Shown: positions 18,741 through 28,623 of the stretch, piece by piece
Numbering within the stretch: the stretch's first letter is position 1
How the letters are laid out: the number at the start of each line of letters is the position of its first letter
DNA from: Sphingomonadales bacterium
GTDB lineage: Bacteria > Pseudomonadota > Alphaproteobacteria > Sphingomonadales > Sphingomonadaceae
DNA: 64,000 bases
Assembly: GCA_031409315.1 (NCBI GenBank)
Contig: JANNWX010000099.1
Location: 3,254-67,253, forward strand
Direction: 5' to 3'
Position numbers and translations under genes: made by a program
The notes under the pieces: generated by a model
Databases searched by the model: none
The model's input: only the letters and a program-made list of their open reading frames with translations
What the model was told of the DNA's origin: nothing

Positions 18741-19808
18741 TTGGGCGCGAAGACCAAATATGCGCTGGGCGCACAGGATCCCGATGGTGCTGATCGCCAT
18801 TTTTCTATCCGTGTGTTCCTCTTTTTTTGTGCCGTTTTGATTGTTATCGCGGTAGCCGCCTCTTGGCTGTCTGCGGTTGATATCGGCGGGTTTTTGCCGG
18901 TTTTTGCCGGGTACATGATGCTGGCGCTATGGGCAGGCTTGATCATCAGCGCGATTGCCCAGTTGGTGGCGTTGATGACGCCGGGGAAATGGCGGCCAGA
19001 TGTGCGTGCGCCCTGGCTGCTGATGGCGATCCTGATGGCGGGTACAACATTGCCGACGTTTGAATTATTCAAACAGACCATCCTGCCCTTTCGAGGATTT
19101 CCCCTAGATCCGCCGCTTGCCGCCATCGATAGGCTGCTGTTTTTCGGCAATGATGCATGGCGGGTGTCCCACGTTCTGTTTGGGTCAGTGGACGCGACGC
19201 TGATGTTTGACAAAGTTTATGCGATCTGGCTGCCGCTGATGTTTCTGTTTCCAGCATTTGCCGTAATGGCGACGCCCGATATCCGGGTGCGAACGCGGCT
19301 GCTTGGCTGCTGGCTTGGGTCTTGGATCATCATTGGCAGCTTTGGGGCGTGGCTATTCGGGTCTGCCGGACCTTGTTATTATGAAGCATTGGTCGGGCCA
19401 AATCCCGGCTTTGCCGAAATGAACCGGCAATTGGCTGCACTTGCCAGCACTGCGCAAGGCCGCGGTCAAAGCATTGCCGCCATCGGGTTCCAATCGATGT
19501 TGCTGGCCGGCCATCATAAGGGCGAATTTGTGTCCGCCGGGGGTATTTCTGCGATGCCGTCTATGCATGTCGCTATGGCGCTTTTATTTGCAATTTCTGG
19601 GTTTTGCATCTCGCGTCCGATTGGGTGGATCATGGCCCTCTATGCCGTGCTTATCTGGATCGCGTCGATCCATTTGGGCTGGCATTATGCCATTGACGGG
19701 ATCGCCGGGGCTGCGATGATGTGGGGCCTGTGGCAGATATCGGGCAAGATTGTCGTGGCCAGCCCGCCACCCTCAATTCCCCTTCCCCCCGGCGGCGAGG
19801 TTCGCTAA
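18741..19808 (+). CDS. Polytopic PAP2_C-type membrane protein (sphingolipid phosphotransferase/IPC-synthase-like motifs)
   Basis: Multiple TM helices. AMPSMHVA and LGWHYAIDG resemble the S-x-H and H-Y-x-x-D motifs of the lipid phosphate phosphatase/sphingomyelin-synthase superfamily. Confidence 0.55.
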   Translation: MGAKTKYALGAQDPDGADRHFSIRVFLFFCAVLIVIAVAASWLSAVDIGGFLPVFAGYMMLALWAGLIISAIAQLVALMTPGKWRPDVRAPWLLMAILMAGTTLPTFELFKQTILPFRGFPLDPPLAAIDRLLFFGNDAWRVSHVLFGSVDATLMFDKVYAIWLPLMFLFPAFAVMATPDIRVRTRLLGCWLGSWIIIGSFGAWLFGSAGPCYYEALVGPNPGFAEMNRQLAALASTAQGRGQSIAAIGFQSMLLAGHHKGEFVSAGGISAMPSMHVAMALLFAISGFCISRPIGWIMALYAVLIWIASIHLGWHYAIDGIAGAAMMWGLWQISGKIVVASPPPSIPLPPGGEVR

Positions 19809-19843
19809 CAGGGCCGCGAAACTGGGCTGGGGACCGCGCGATT

Positions 19844-20779
19844 ATGAAACTTCTCACCGGCAATTCTAATCCGGCGCTGGCCAAGGCGATTGCCGATTAT
19901 CTTGACCTGCCCTTGACCCAAGCCAGTGTGCGCCGTTTTGCCGACGAAGAAGTCTTTGTCGAGATTAACGAAAATGTGCGCGGTGAGGATGTTTTCGTGA
20001 TCCAGTCAACCGGTTTTCCGGCCAACGACAATCTCATGGAATTGCTGATCATGATTGATGCGCTGCGGCGATCATCGGCAAAGCGCATCACCGCCGTCAT
20101 CCCCTATTTCGGCTATGCCCGGCAAGATCGCAAACCCGGCCCGCGCACCCCGATTTCAGCCAAGCTGGTCGCCAATATCATCACCACGGCGGGGGCCAAC
20201 CGGGTGCTCTCCATCGATTTGCACGCCGGACAGATTCAAGGCTTTTTCGATATTCCAACCGACAATCTTTACGGTGCGCCGGTCATGTCCGCCGATATTC
20301 AGGCGCGGTTCGGGGCGAAGAATATCACCGTTGTCTCCCCCGATGTTGGCGGCGTGGTGCGCGCAAGGGCGCTCGCCAAACGGCTCGATAATGCGCCGCT
20401 CGCCATCGTCGACAAACGGCGTGAACGGGCGGGCGAAAGCGAGGTGATGAACATTATCGGCGATGTCGAGGGGCGCTTCTGCATCCTGATCGACGATATT
20501 GTCGATTCTGCGGGAACACTGTGCAACGCCGCCGCCGCCTTGAAAGCCGGCGGAGCCGAAGAAGTCGTCGCTTATTGCACCCACGGCGTATTGTCCGGCG
20601 GGGCCGTCGCCCGGGTTGAAGGATCCGAACTCAAAGAATTGGTCATCACCGATTCGATCGGCCCGCCAGATTCGGTTGCCGACGCCAAGAAAATTCGTTT
20701 GTTGACGATAGCGCCGTTGCTGGGTGAGGCGATCAAGCGGATCGCGGACGAAAGCTCGGTTTCGTCATTGTTTGATTGA
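19844..20779 (+). CDS. prs: Ribose-phosphate pyrophosphokinase
   Basis: [20 protein letters not shown]...[10 protein letters not shown]...[11 protein letters not shown]...DDIVDSAGT. Confidence 0.95.
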   Translation: MKLLTGNSNPALAKAIADYLDLPLTQASVRRFADEEVFVEINENVRGEDVFVIQSTGFPANDNLMELLIMIDALRRSSAKRITAVIPYFGYARQDRKPGPRTPISAKLVANIITTAGANRVLSIDLHAGQIQGFFDIPTDNLYGAPVMSADIQARFGAKNITVVSPDVGGVVRARALAKRLDNAPLAIVDKRRERAGESEVMNIIGDVEGRFCILIDDIVDSAGTLCNAAAALKAGGAEEVVAYCTHGVLSGGAVARVEGSELKELVITDSIGPPDSVADAKKIRLLTIAPLLGEAIKRIADESSVSSLFD

Positions 20780-21172
20780 TCAGTCGTATCCTCCATCAAC
20801 AAGTCGCTGCGAGATCCACCAGATGTTGCCCCACGCGTCACTCACCCCGCCTTGGCGGTCGCCGTAGAGCATGTCTTGCACTGCCATAATTTCAGTAGCG
20901 CCAGCGGCGATTGCCCGCGCCATGCTGACGTCGGCATTTTCCACATAGAGATAATATGATGCTGGCATGGCGGGATAGCCGCGACCGGATTCGCTGACCA
21001 TCACAATCGCCGTGCCGATGCGGATTTGGGCATTGGCGATTTTGCCGTCGTCGCGCAAATCGCGACTAATTTCCGTGCCGCCAAGGCCGTTGACCTGGAA
21101 AGCGCAGAAGGCGTCTGCCCGGTCCATAAAAAAATAAGGGGTGACGGTGGCAAAGCCGGGGGGTGTCGTCAT
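20780..21172 (-). CDS. VOC (glyoxalase/bleomycin-resistance) family protein, PhnB-like
   Basis: TVTPYFFMDRADAF...MVSE...YLYVENADV...MLYGDRQGGVSDAWGNIWWIS pattern. Confidence 0.7.
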   Translation of the reverse strand: MTTPPGFATVTPYFFMDRADAFCAFQVNGLGGTEISRDLRDDGKIANAQIRIGTAIVMVSESGRGYPAMPASYYLYVENADVSMARAIAAGATEIMAVQDMLYGDRQGGVSDAWGNIWWISQRLVDGGYD

Positions 21173-21228
21173 GCAAATGCTCCTAATCAGCCCTTGCAGT
21201 ATCCCCCAAATATCCGCAGGACGCCAGT

Positions 21229-22014
21229 ATGATTTCGGACGCCGACATTGCGCTTGCGCACCGCCTTGCCGACGCCGCGGGTGCCGCAATTCGCCCCTAT
21301 TTTCGCGGGAATTTCGGGCTGGAGAGCAAGGAAGATGCGTCCCCTGTTACGCTTGCTGATCGCGCCGCAGAGACGGTGATCCGCCAGATATTGGAGGTTG
21401 AGCGACGTCATGACGGCATTATCGGCGAGGAATATGGCAGTGTGCGCGAAAATGCGTCCAGACAATGGGTGATCGATCCTATCGACGGCACCACCAGCTT
21501 TGTTGCCGGGCGGCCGATCTTTGGCACCCTCATCGCGCTGATGCAGGACGGCTGGCCGGTGCTGGGCGTGATTGACCAGCCGATCCTGAAAGAACGTTGG
21601 GTGGGCAGAACGGGGCAGGCCACCACCTTGAACGGAAAACCGATTAAGGCCCGTGCCTGCGCACGCCTTTCTGACGCAATCTTGGCGACAACCAGTCCGC
21701 ACTGCTTTTCCGACCATGAGGCGGGGCATTTCATGGCGCTCGCCGCAAAAACCGCGCACCGGCGGCTGATCTGGGGTGGCGACTGCTATAATTATGCGCT
21801 GCTGGCGAGCGGGCATATCGACATCGTGGTCGAGGCTGGGTTGAAACTCCACGATCTGGCGGCACTGGTTCCCGTCGTTGAAGGCGCTGGTGGGACGATG
21901 TGTGACTGGTCGGGCGAACCGCTCTGCGCTGATAGCAAGGGGGATGTGATTGCGCTTGGTGATCCGGCGCGACTTGACGATGTGCTGGAAGGACTCGCCT
22001 GCGCTCATGGCTGA
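21229..22014 (+). CDS. Inositol monophosphatase family protein (possible histidinol-phosphatase HisN)
   Basis: SPVTLADRAAE...GEEYG...WVIDPIDGTTSF...WGGDCY motifs. Confidence 0.8.
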   Translation: MISDADIALAHRLADAAGAAIRPYFRGNFGLESKEDASPVTLADRAAETVIRQILEVERRHDGIIGEEYGSVRENASRQWVIDPIDGTTSFVAGRPIFGTLIALMQDGWPVLGVIDQPILKERWVGRTGQATTLNGKPIKARACARLSDAILATTSPHCFSDHEAGHFMALAAKTAHRRLIWGGDCYNYALLASGHIDIVVEAGLKLHDLAALVPVVEGAGGTMCDWSGEPLCADSKGDVIALGDPARLDDVLEGLACAHG

Positions 22015-22888
22015 GGTTTCTATTCGTTTCGCCATGCCTGACGAACGCCTGCGGCCTTATCTTTCCACTTATTGGGAGATGGAAGTCAGCGGCGAGGGTG
22101 TGGTTGAAGATATGCTGCACCCGGAATGGGCCAATATCCGGATGACTTTGGATACACCTTGGGGATTTGCATCTTCCTTTGACCAGCTTGGTCAGCTTGA
22201 CGGCCACGCGATCATCCACGGCCCTACCAGCAAGCCAACATTCGTGCGGGGCTATGCCGGGCGAGCCTTTGGTGTCGGGATATTACCGCCGGGTTGGAAC
22301 CGGTTCTGGAAGGCAGATGCCAGCACATTTGCCGATCGGTTTCCGCCGCTTTCGGAATTGATGGGCGATGAAGCTGCAGAATTTGAAAGCCTGTTACTGT
22401 CAGCGCCAGATTTCGAAGCGCGCGCGGAGCGGACCAATGCCTTCATGCTGACGCTGCTTGGCAGATCCCGTAAATCGCGCTTCGATGATCAAGTGACAGC
22501 TTTTTTCCAAGTATTGACTGATCCGGCCAGTGCAACGGTAGAACAGATTACATCAACGCTTGGGCTGCCCCAATCCCGCCTCGCTCGACTCTCAAAGCGC
22601 GGCTTTGGATTCCCACCCAAAACACTGCTTAGTCGCCAGAGGTTCTTGCGCATGCTCGGCACGCTGCATGCCAGGCCCTACGGCGAATGGGCCGATTTCC
22701 TTGACCCGCAATATGTCGATCAAAGCCATATGATTCGTGATTTTCAAAGATTTTTGGGCATGGCGCCAAGCCATTATTTTGCGTTAAATCGCCCAGTCCT
22801 GATGGCGGCAACCAAAGGGCGGGCGGCGGTTTTCGGCCAGCCGCTCCAGGGGCTGCACCTGCCCCAATCAACCCAATCGAAAGCCTGA
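22007..22888 (+). CDS. AraC-family transcriptional regulator (paralogue 1)
   Basis: C-terminal HTH FLDPQYVDQSHMIRDFQRFLGMAPSHYF. The N-terminal domain is shared with the neighbouring gene. Confidence 0.75.
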   Translation: MAEVSIRFAMPDERLRPYLSTYWEMEVSGEGVVEDMLHPEWANIRMTLDTPWGFASSFDQLGQLDGHAIIHGPTSKPTFVRGYAGRAFGVGILPPGWNRFWKADASTFADRFPPLSELMGDEAAEFESLLLSAPDFEARAERTNAFMLTLLGRSRKSRFDDQVTAFFQVLTDPASATVEQITSTLGLPQSRLARLSKRGFGFPPKTLLSRQRFLRMLGTLHARPYGEWADFLDPQYVDQSHMIRDFQRFLGMAPSHYFALNRPVLMAATKGRAAVFGQPLQGLHLPQSTQSKA

Positions 22889-22891
22889 GCC

Positions 22892-23743
22892 TTGACCGAA
22901 ATCCGTGTCCAATATGCATTTCCGACACCCGCCCTGTTCGATCATGTTGCGGTTTACATCGAACTGACTGTTATCGGCGGGATGGCCCAAGATATGTTGC
23001 CGCCGGACATGGCATCGCTGCAGTTTTCCTTGTCGGGCAAATGGTCAACTGGCGTTGATTCCAATGCGCTTACCGAATCGTCCGATCGCGCCACGCTCTA
23101 CGGCACGACGAGTCAGGGGCACTGGATTCGCGGGCAGGATGGCATTGGCTTTTGTGTCGGTCTGCACCCGCTGGCCTGGCCCACGATCCTCAACCGGAAA
23201 GCCGATCTGCACGTCGATAGGGCCTGTGACTTGCAAGATATTTGGGGAAAGGATGCGGATTTGTTTCTTTCGGGCCTTCAGCACTGCGCAGATTTTAAGT
23301 CGCGGGTGATTTTGGCGAATGATTTTTTTGTCGGTCGCCTCGGCAATTCCAAACGATCCCCCGCCGCGTCAGACATCATAGCGATCCGTCAGACACTTGC
23401 CGATCCAACATGCGCTGATGTTTCGTCAATGGCTAGGCGAATCGGCATGCCGCAGGTCAGGTTGGGTCGGTTGGCCAAAGCCCATTTCGGTTTTTCACCA
23501 AAAATGCTGATCCGGCGCGCTCGGTTTCGCCGGATGCTGCACCGGATTGACGCACATAGTTACACCAATTGGCCCAACTTTCTCGACCCGCAATATGTCG
23601 ACCAAAGCCACATGATCCGCGATTTTCAGGATTTTATGGGCATGGCACCAAGCCAATATATGGGGCTGGAACGACCCTTTGTTGCGGCAGCCTTTGCTGA
23701 ATTTCGGGCCATGATGGGGGGGCCGCCTTCCGACGGGTCTTGA
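22892..23743 (+). CDS. AraC-family transcriptional regulator (paralogue 2)
   Basis: The C-terminus is nearly identical to paralogue 1: FLDPQYVDQSHMIRDFQDFMGMAPSQY. Non-ATG start as given in the ORF track. Confidence 0.7.
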   Translation: MTEIRVQYAFPTPALFDHVAVYIELTVIGGMAQDMLPPDMASLQFSLSGKWSTGVDSNALTESSDRATLYGTTSQGHWIRGQDGIGFCVGLHPLAWPTILNRKADLHVDRACDLQDIWGKDADLFLSGLQHCADFKSRVILANDFFVGRLGNSKRSPAASDIIAIRQTLADPTCADVSSMARRIGMPQVRLGRLAKAHFGFSPKMLIRRARFRRMLHRIDAHSYTNWPNFLDPQYVDQSHMIRDFQDFMGMAPSQYMGLERPFVAAAFAEFRAMMGGPPSDGS

Positions 23744-23896
23744 CCCTAAGGCCTGATCAAATTTATCGCCCAAACGCTTGCAATTCGGCGAATCTCTGTC
23801 TAAGGGCCGCTGCTTCCGTACGATTGAAATACGACCGGTCTGGCTGAAAGGGCTGCCACGACAGGTTTGAAATCGTCGCTTTTGAAAGGTGATAAA

Positions 23897-24100
23897 ATGC
23901 CCAAACTGAAGACCAAGAGCGGTGTGAAGAAACGCTTCACGCTGACCGCTACCGGCAAGCTGAAACACGGCGTTGCTGGCAAGCGTCACCGGCTGATGAG
24001 CCACAATGCCAAGTATATCCGCCAAAATCGCGGCACCTCTGTCCTTTCTGACGCTGACACAGCGACGGTGAAGGCATGGGCGCCCTACGGCCTGAAATAG
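23897..24100 (+). CDS. rpmI: 50S ribosomal protein L35
   Basis: MPKLKTKSGVKKRFTLTATGKLKHGVAGKRH. Confidence 0.95.
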   Translation: MPKLKTKSGVKKRFTLTATGKLKHGVAGKRHRLMSHNAKYIRQNRGTSVLSDADTATVKAWAPYGLK

Positions 24101-24112
24101 GAGAGCGGGACT

Positions 24113-24502
24113 ATGGCACGCGTCAAACGGGGTGTTACCACCCACGCCAAACACAAAAATATCCTCGATCTTGCCAAGGGCTATCGCGGTCGTCGTAAAA
24201 ACACGATTCGCGTTGCACGTCAGGCGGTCGAAAAAGCCGGGCAATATGCTTACCGCGACCGCAAGGTGAAGAAACGGACCTTCCGGGGCCTGTGGATTCA
24301 GCGCATCAACGCTGCCGTGCGGATTGAAGGACTAACCTATGCATCGTTCATGCACGGGCTGAAATTGGCCGGTGTCGAACTCGACCGGAAGGTTCTGGCT
24401 GATATGGCGATGCACGAAGGCGAAACCTTTAGCACCATCATCGCGCAAGCTAAGCATGCCCTGAGCGGGGTCGAAGGGGCTGCCTTGCCCTCAGCGGCAT
24501 AG
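24113..24502 (+). CDS. rplT: 50S ribosomal protein L20
   Basis: [30 protein letters not shown]. Confidence 0.95.
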   Translation: MARVKRGVTTHAKHKNILDLAKGYRGRRKNTIRVARQAVEKAGQYAYRDRKVKKRTFRGLWIQRINAAVRIEGLTYASFMHGLKLAGVELDRKVLADMAMHEGETFSTIIAQAKHALSGVEGAALPSAA

Positions 24503-24526
24503 GCTCCCTTTCTCAAAATGCGCTAA

Positions 24527-24564
24527 GGGGCGTGGGCGGCACACTTGCCGTTCGCGCCCTTTTG
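24527..24564 (+). terminator. Rho-independent terminator after rplT
   Basis: GC-rich hairpin ggggcgtgggcggca-cac-ttgccgttcgcgccc followed by TTTT. Confidence 0.6.
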
Positions 24565-24571
24565 CATTCCC

Positions 24572-24595
24572 GTCATTCCTGCGAAGGCGGGAATC
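24572..24595 (+). repeat. Palindromic hairpin repeat, family C (gtcattcctgcgaaggcgggaatc)
   Basis: Self-complementary ttcc(t/c)gc-gaag-gcgggaa core. One of four copies in the window. Confidence 0.85.
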
Positions 24596-24624
24596 TAGGA
24601 ACACCCAAAATGGCTGAAGGATGA

Positions 24625-24981
24625 GTGAGTTTGAAGCAGCCGTGCGTCTATATGTTAGCGAGTCGAAAGCACGGGACACTTTATGCTGGTGTCACGTCGA
24701 ATTTGATCCAAAGACTGCATCAGCATCGGGAAAAGACAGTTTCTGGTTTCACTAATGATCATGATGTGACACGACTGGTTTGGTTCGAAATGCACGAAAC
24801 GATGGAAGCAGCAATCCAGCGCGAGAAGCGCATCAAAAAATGGAATAGGGATTGGAAAATTCGACTCATTGAGGAAGAAAACCCTGAATGGCTTGATTTG
24901 GGAACCAGCATCGGGTTTGAACCTTTGCCAGCGCCGGACAAAAAACCATTCCGTCATTCCCGCGAAGGCGGGAATCCATGA
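24625..24981 (+). CDS. GIY-YIG nuclease family protein (URI-domain, COG2827-type)
   Basis: VYMLASRKHGTLYAGVTSNLIQRLHQHRE...EAAIQREKRIKKWNR matches the small GIY-YIG family. The C-terminal [11 protein letters not shown] is encoded by hairpin repeat copy 2. GTG start. Confidence 0.8.
   Translation: MSLKQPCVYMLASRKHGTLYAGVTSNLIQRLHQHREKTVSGFTNDHDVTRLVWFEMHETMEAAIQREKRIKKWNRDWKIRLIEEENPEWLDLGTSIGFEPLPAPDKKPFRHSREGGNP
24953..24976 (+). repeat. Palindromic hairpin repeat, family C
   Basis: gtcattcccgcgaaggcgggaatc. It forms the 3' end of the GIY-YIG ORF. Confidence 0.85.
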
Positions 24982-25031
24982 ACTCCATGGTGGATAGTTT
25001 GATACTATGCTTGGCAAAGAACGTGTTCTTG

Positions 25032-25055
25032 GATTCCCGCCTTCGCGGGAATGAC
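25032..25055 (-). repeat. Palindromic hairpin repeat, family C (inverted copy)
   Basis: gattcccgccttcgcgggaatgac, the exact reverse complement of copy 2. It lies 11 nt upstream of the pheS ATG. Confidence 0.85.
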
Positions 25056-25066
25056 GGGGTAGGGAA

Positions 25067-26167
25067 ATGAGCGACAAAGACTGGCAAGATAATCTCACAG
25101 ACTACAAGACAAAATATCTTCCAAAAATCATCAACGCCCCGGATTTGGCCACGTTGGAGGCACTCCGGGTTGAGCTGCTTGGAAAAGGCGGCTGGATAAC
25201 GCTTATCCTCAAGACCTTGGGCAATATGTCGCAGGGGGATCGCCAATTCAAAGGCCCCTTGATCAACGGCCTGCGCGAAGATGTGTCGCAGGCACTCACC
25301 GCCCGGAAGGCTGTACTTGAAACCGCAGGGCTCAACGCCCGCCTCGCCACAGAGCGGCTGGACATGACCCTGCCTGCACCCGAATCGCCCTGCGGATCGG
25401 TCCACCCGGTCAGCCAGGTGATGGATGAACTGGCCGAAATCTTCGCTGACATGGGCTTTGCCGTCGCCGAAGGGCCGGAAATAGAGGATGATTGGCACAA
25501 TTTCTCTGCGCTCAACATTCCCGAAACGCATCCGGCGCGCGCGATGCATGATACATTCTACTTTCCGGATCAGATGGCTGTGGGCGGCAAGAAAATGCTG
25601 CTCCGCACCCACACGTCGCCCGTGCAGATCCGGACGATGATGACCGGGCAGCCGCCGATCCGCATCATCGCGCCGGGGCGGGTCTACCGTTCGGATAGCG
25701 ACGCGACCCACACGCCGATGTTTCACCAGATTGAGGGTCTGGTGATCGACAAGGGCATTCATCTGGGTCATCTGAAATGGACTTTGGAGACATTTCTGAA
25801 GGCTTTTTTCGAACGCGATGACGTGAACATCCGCATGCGGCCTAGCTATTTCCCCTTCACCGAGCCGAGTGCAGAGATCGACATCGGTTTTTCGGTCGTG
25901 AACGGCAAACGCGTCATTGGCGGAAACGATGGCTGGATGGAAGTGTTGGGCAGCGGTATGGTTCACCCCAAAGTCATCGCCAACTGCGGGCTGGACCCGA
26001 ATGAATATCAGGGCTTTGCTTTCGGCACCGGCGTCGATCGGCTCGCCATGCTTAAATACGGGATGGATGATTTGCGTGCCTTTTTCGACGGCGATCTGCG
26101 CTGGTTGAAACATTACGGCTTCGGTGCCCTCGACGTGCCCACGCTGAGCGGGGGGGTGTCGCCGTGA
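25067..26167 (+). CDS. pheS: Phenylalanine--tRNA ligase alpha subunit
   Basis: [11 protein letters not shown]...[12 protein letters not shown]...FTEPSAE class II aaRS motifs. Confidence 0.95.
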   Translation: MSDKDWQDNLTDYKTKYLPKIINAPDLATLEALRVELLGKGGWITLILKTLGNMSQGDRQFKGPLINGLREDVSQALTARKAVLETAGLNARLATERLDMTLPAPESPCGSVHPVSQVMDELAEIFADMGFAVAEGPEIEDDWHNFSALNIPETHPARAMHDTFYFPDQMAVGGKKMLLRTHTSPVQIRTMMTGQPPIRIIAPGRVYRSDSDATHTPMFHQIEGLVIDKGIHLGHLKWTLETFLKAFFERDDVNIRMRPSYFPFTEPSAEIDIGFSVVNGKRVIGGNDGWMEVLGSGMVHPKVIANCGLDPNEYQGFAFGTGVDRLAMLKYGMDDLRAFFDGDLRWLKHYGFGALDVPTLSGGVSP

Positions 26168-28563
26168 AATTCACGCTGAGCTGGCTCAAAGAGCATCTCG
26201 ATACCAGCGCGACCATTCAGGATGTGGCCGACGCGTGCAACCGTATCGGGCTAGAAGTCGAATCCATTGAAAACCCGGCGGAGCGGTTCACTGGCTTCAC
26301 CGTCGCCAAGGTGCTGACCGCCAGCCCGCATCCGCAGGCCGATAAATTGCAGGTTCTGACCATCGATGTCGGCAATGGCCCGCTACAGGTCGTGTGCGGC
26401 GCGCCCAACGCCCGCGTGGGCCTTATCGGTGTCTTCGGGGCCGAAGGCGCGGTTGTGCCCGCCAATGGCATGATGCTCAAGAAGACCGCCATTCGCGGCG
26501 TCGAATCGAACGGCATGATGTGTTCTAGCCGCGAACTGGAACTGGGGGATGATCATGACGGGATCATCGAACTTCCCGCCGACGCGCCGCTCGGCACCGC
26601 ATTCAGCGACTATGCCGATTTCAACGATCCGGTGATTGACGTTGCCATCACCCCCAACCGGCAGGACTGTATGGGCGTGCGTGGCATCGCCCGCGACCTC
26701 GCAGCAGCAGGGCTTGGCGCACTGAGGCCGCTTGCCGAGGTCTACCGGATGACCGCGCTCGCGCCTGTCCAAGGCAGTAATCCTGCACCCGACGTGCGGA
26801 CCGATGATTCAGAGGGCTGCCCTGCCTTCTACGCGCAAGCGGTTTCGAGCGTCACGAATGGCCCTTCACCCAAATGGATGACCGATAAGTTGCGTGCCGT
26901 CGGCCAGAAACCGATTTCGGTATTGGTTGATATTACCAACTTCATCTCGATTGACCTTGGCCGTCCATTGCACGTTTATGACCGCGCCAAGATTTCCGGT
27001 GCGCTGATTGCGCGGAAAGCCAAAGACGGCGAACAGGTCCTCACCCTCAACGGCAAAACCTACACGCTTGATGCCAACATGACAGTCATTGCCGACGACA
27101 TGGTCGTGCATGACATTGGCGGGATCATGGGCGGCGAAGATTCGGGCGTGTCCGATGCGACCAAAGACGTGCTGATCGAATGCGCCTATTTCAAGCCCGA
27201 ACAGATCGCGCGCACCGGGCAAAAGCTGATGCTGACCAGCGATGCACGCCAACGGTTCGAACGCGGCGTCGATCCCGCCTTTCTTGACGACGGTCTGGCG
27301 ATCGCGACCAAGCTGGTGCTTGATCATTGCGGCGGCACGGCAAGTGCTGTCACGCGCGCAGGCACACCGCCTGTCGCGCCGCGCAATATCGCCTATGACA
27401 CCGGTCACTGCGCGAGGCTTGGTGGCATTGACGTAGCAGCGGATCAACAGAAGCAAATTCTTGAATCTCTGGGGTTTTCAGTCTCAGCTGATTGGAACGT
27501 TACCGTCCCGACGTGGCGTCGTGACGTCGATGGGCCCGCCGATCTGGTCGAGGAAGTTGTTCGCATGATCGGGCTGGACAAGGTGCCGTCCACCCCGCTG
27601 CCTCGCGCCGATGGTGTGGCAAAGCCGACAGCGACACCCGCCCAAACCATCGAGCGCAAGGTCCGCCGTGCCGCCGCCGCACGCGGCCTCAACGAAGCGA
27701 TCAATTGGTCTTTCCTGCCCGAGAAGGAGGCCGCTGCCTTTGGCGGTGGCATCTGGAGCCTCGCCAACCCGATAAGCGAAGATATGAAAGTCATGCGATC
27801 GTCGATGCTGCCCGGCTTGCTCTCTGCTGCCCGGCGCAATGTGGATCGCGGGGCCGACAGCGTCCGCTTGTTCGAAGTGGGCCGTCGCTATCTGGCGGAC
27901 GGTGAGCGCGCGACACTGGGGATCGTGCTGGTCGGTGACAAAACACAACGTGGTTGGGACGGCAGGCTTTGTGAGGGCAAGGCAGTCGCTTTTGACGCCT
28001 ATGATGCCAAGGCCGAAGTGATTGCGATGCTAGCAGCGGCTGGCGCACCGGTTGATAATCTACAAATCATGGGCGATGCGGGCGATCATTATCACCCCGG
28101 CCAATCCGCCACGCTGCGGCTGGGCCCCAAAACTATCCTCGCCAGCTTTGGCACTCTCCACCCGTCGATTGCCAAGGCCTTTGATCTTGACGGCTCCGTC
28201 ATTGCGGCTGAGATCTTTCTGGATGCCCTTCCGGCTAAGCGCGGCGCCCGGTCCTTCATGCGCCCGGATTATGTGCCGCCAGCCCTACAATCGGTAACCC
28301 GCGACTTTGCTTTTCTGGTGCCTGCCGATTTACCCGCTGGTGATCTGGTCCGCGCGGTCAAGGGATCGGACAAAGACACTATCGTCGCAGCCCGCCTGTT
28401 TGATCGGTTTTCCGGGCAAGGGGTGCCCGATGGCCAAAAATCGTTGGCGATTGAAGTCACCCTGCAACCCGGCGCGAAAAGTTTTGCCGAGGACGAGCTG
28501 AAAGCGATTGCCACGCGTGTCGTTGCCGCCGCATCAAAACTTGGCGCGGTATTGCGCGGGTAG
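26164..28563 (+). CDS. pheT: Phenylalanine--tRNA ligase beta subunit
   Basis: [15 protein letters not shown]-terminus, tRNA-binding OB domain, B3/4 and B5 domains. 799 aa. 4-nt overlap with pheS. Confidence 0.95.
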   Translation: MKFTLSWLKEHLDTSATIQDVADACNRIGLEVESIENPAERFTGFTVAKVLTASPHPQADKLQVLTIDVGNGPLQVVCGAPNARVGLIGVFGAEGAVVPANGMMLKKTAIRGVESNGMMCSSRELELGDDHDGIIELPADAPLGTAFSDYADFNDPVIDVAITPNRQDCMGVRGIARDLAAAGLGALRPLAEVYRMTALAPVQGSNPAPDVRTDDSEGCPAFYAQAVSSVTNGPSPKWMTDKLRAVGQKPISVLVDITNFISIDLGRPLHVYDRAKISGALIARKAKDGEQVLTLNGKTYTLDANMTVIADDMVVHDIGGIMGGEDSGVSDATKDVLIECAYFKPEQIARTGQKLMLTSDARQRFERGVDPAFLDDGLAIATKLVLDHCGGTASAVTRAGTPPVAPRNIAYDTGHCARLGGIDVAADQQKQILESLGFSVSADWNVTVPTWRRDVDGPADLVEEVVRMIGLDKVPSTPLPRADGVAKPTATPAQTIERKVRRAAAARGLNEAINWSFLPEKEAAAFGGGIWSLANPISEDMKVMRSSMLPGLLSAARRNVDRGADSVRLFEVGRRYLADGERATLGIVLVGDKTQRGWDGRLCEGKAVAFDAYDAKAEVIAMLAAAGAPVDNLQIMGDAGDHYHPGQSATLRLGPKTILASFGTLHPSIAKAFDLDGSVIAAEIFLDALPAKRGARSFMRPDYVPPALQSVTRDFAFLVPADLPAGDLVRAVKGSDKDTIVAARLFDRFSGQGVPDGQKSLAIEVTLQPGAKSFAEDELKAIATRVVAAASKLGAVLRG

Positions 28564-28623
28564 GCCCTTTGCTTTTTCTGTCATAATCGGAGATGGTCGC
28601 CCGATAGGCTTTGTTAAGCTGGG

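Larger units (their letters stand above)
24569..25058. mobile_element. GIY-YIG gene cassette bounded by 24-27 bp hairpin-forming inverted repeats
   Basis: The left repeat (24569-24595) and right repeat (25032-25058) are inverted copies with one mismatch. A third copy lies at 24953-24976. The interior is visibly lower in GC than rplT and pheS. Confidence 0.55.

Noticed and set aside
17900-18793. 297-aa plus-strand ORF
   Set aside because: It is antisense to nadE, with Arg/Gly/Pro-rich composition typical of high-GC shadow ORFs.
21187-22035. 282-aa minus-strand ORF
   Set aside because: It is antisense to the IMPase-family gene, which has clear metal-binding motifs.
23744-23896. Possible ribosomal-protein leader upstream of rpmI
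   Set aside because: The 153-nt spacer is long enough, but I could not identify a structure mimicking the L20 binding site by eye. It is left unannotated.
24866-26113. 415-aa minus-strand ORF, one of the longest in the track
   Set aside because: It is antisense to pheS, whose class II aaRS motifs are unambiguous. Long antisense ORFs are expected at this GC content.
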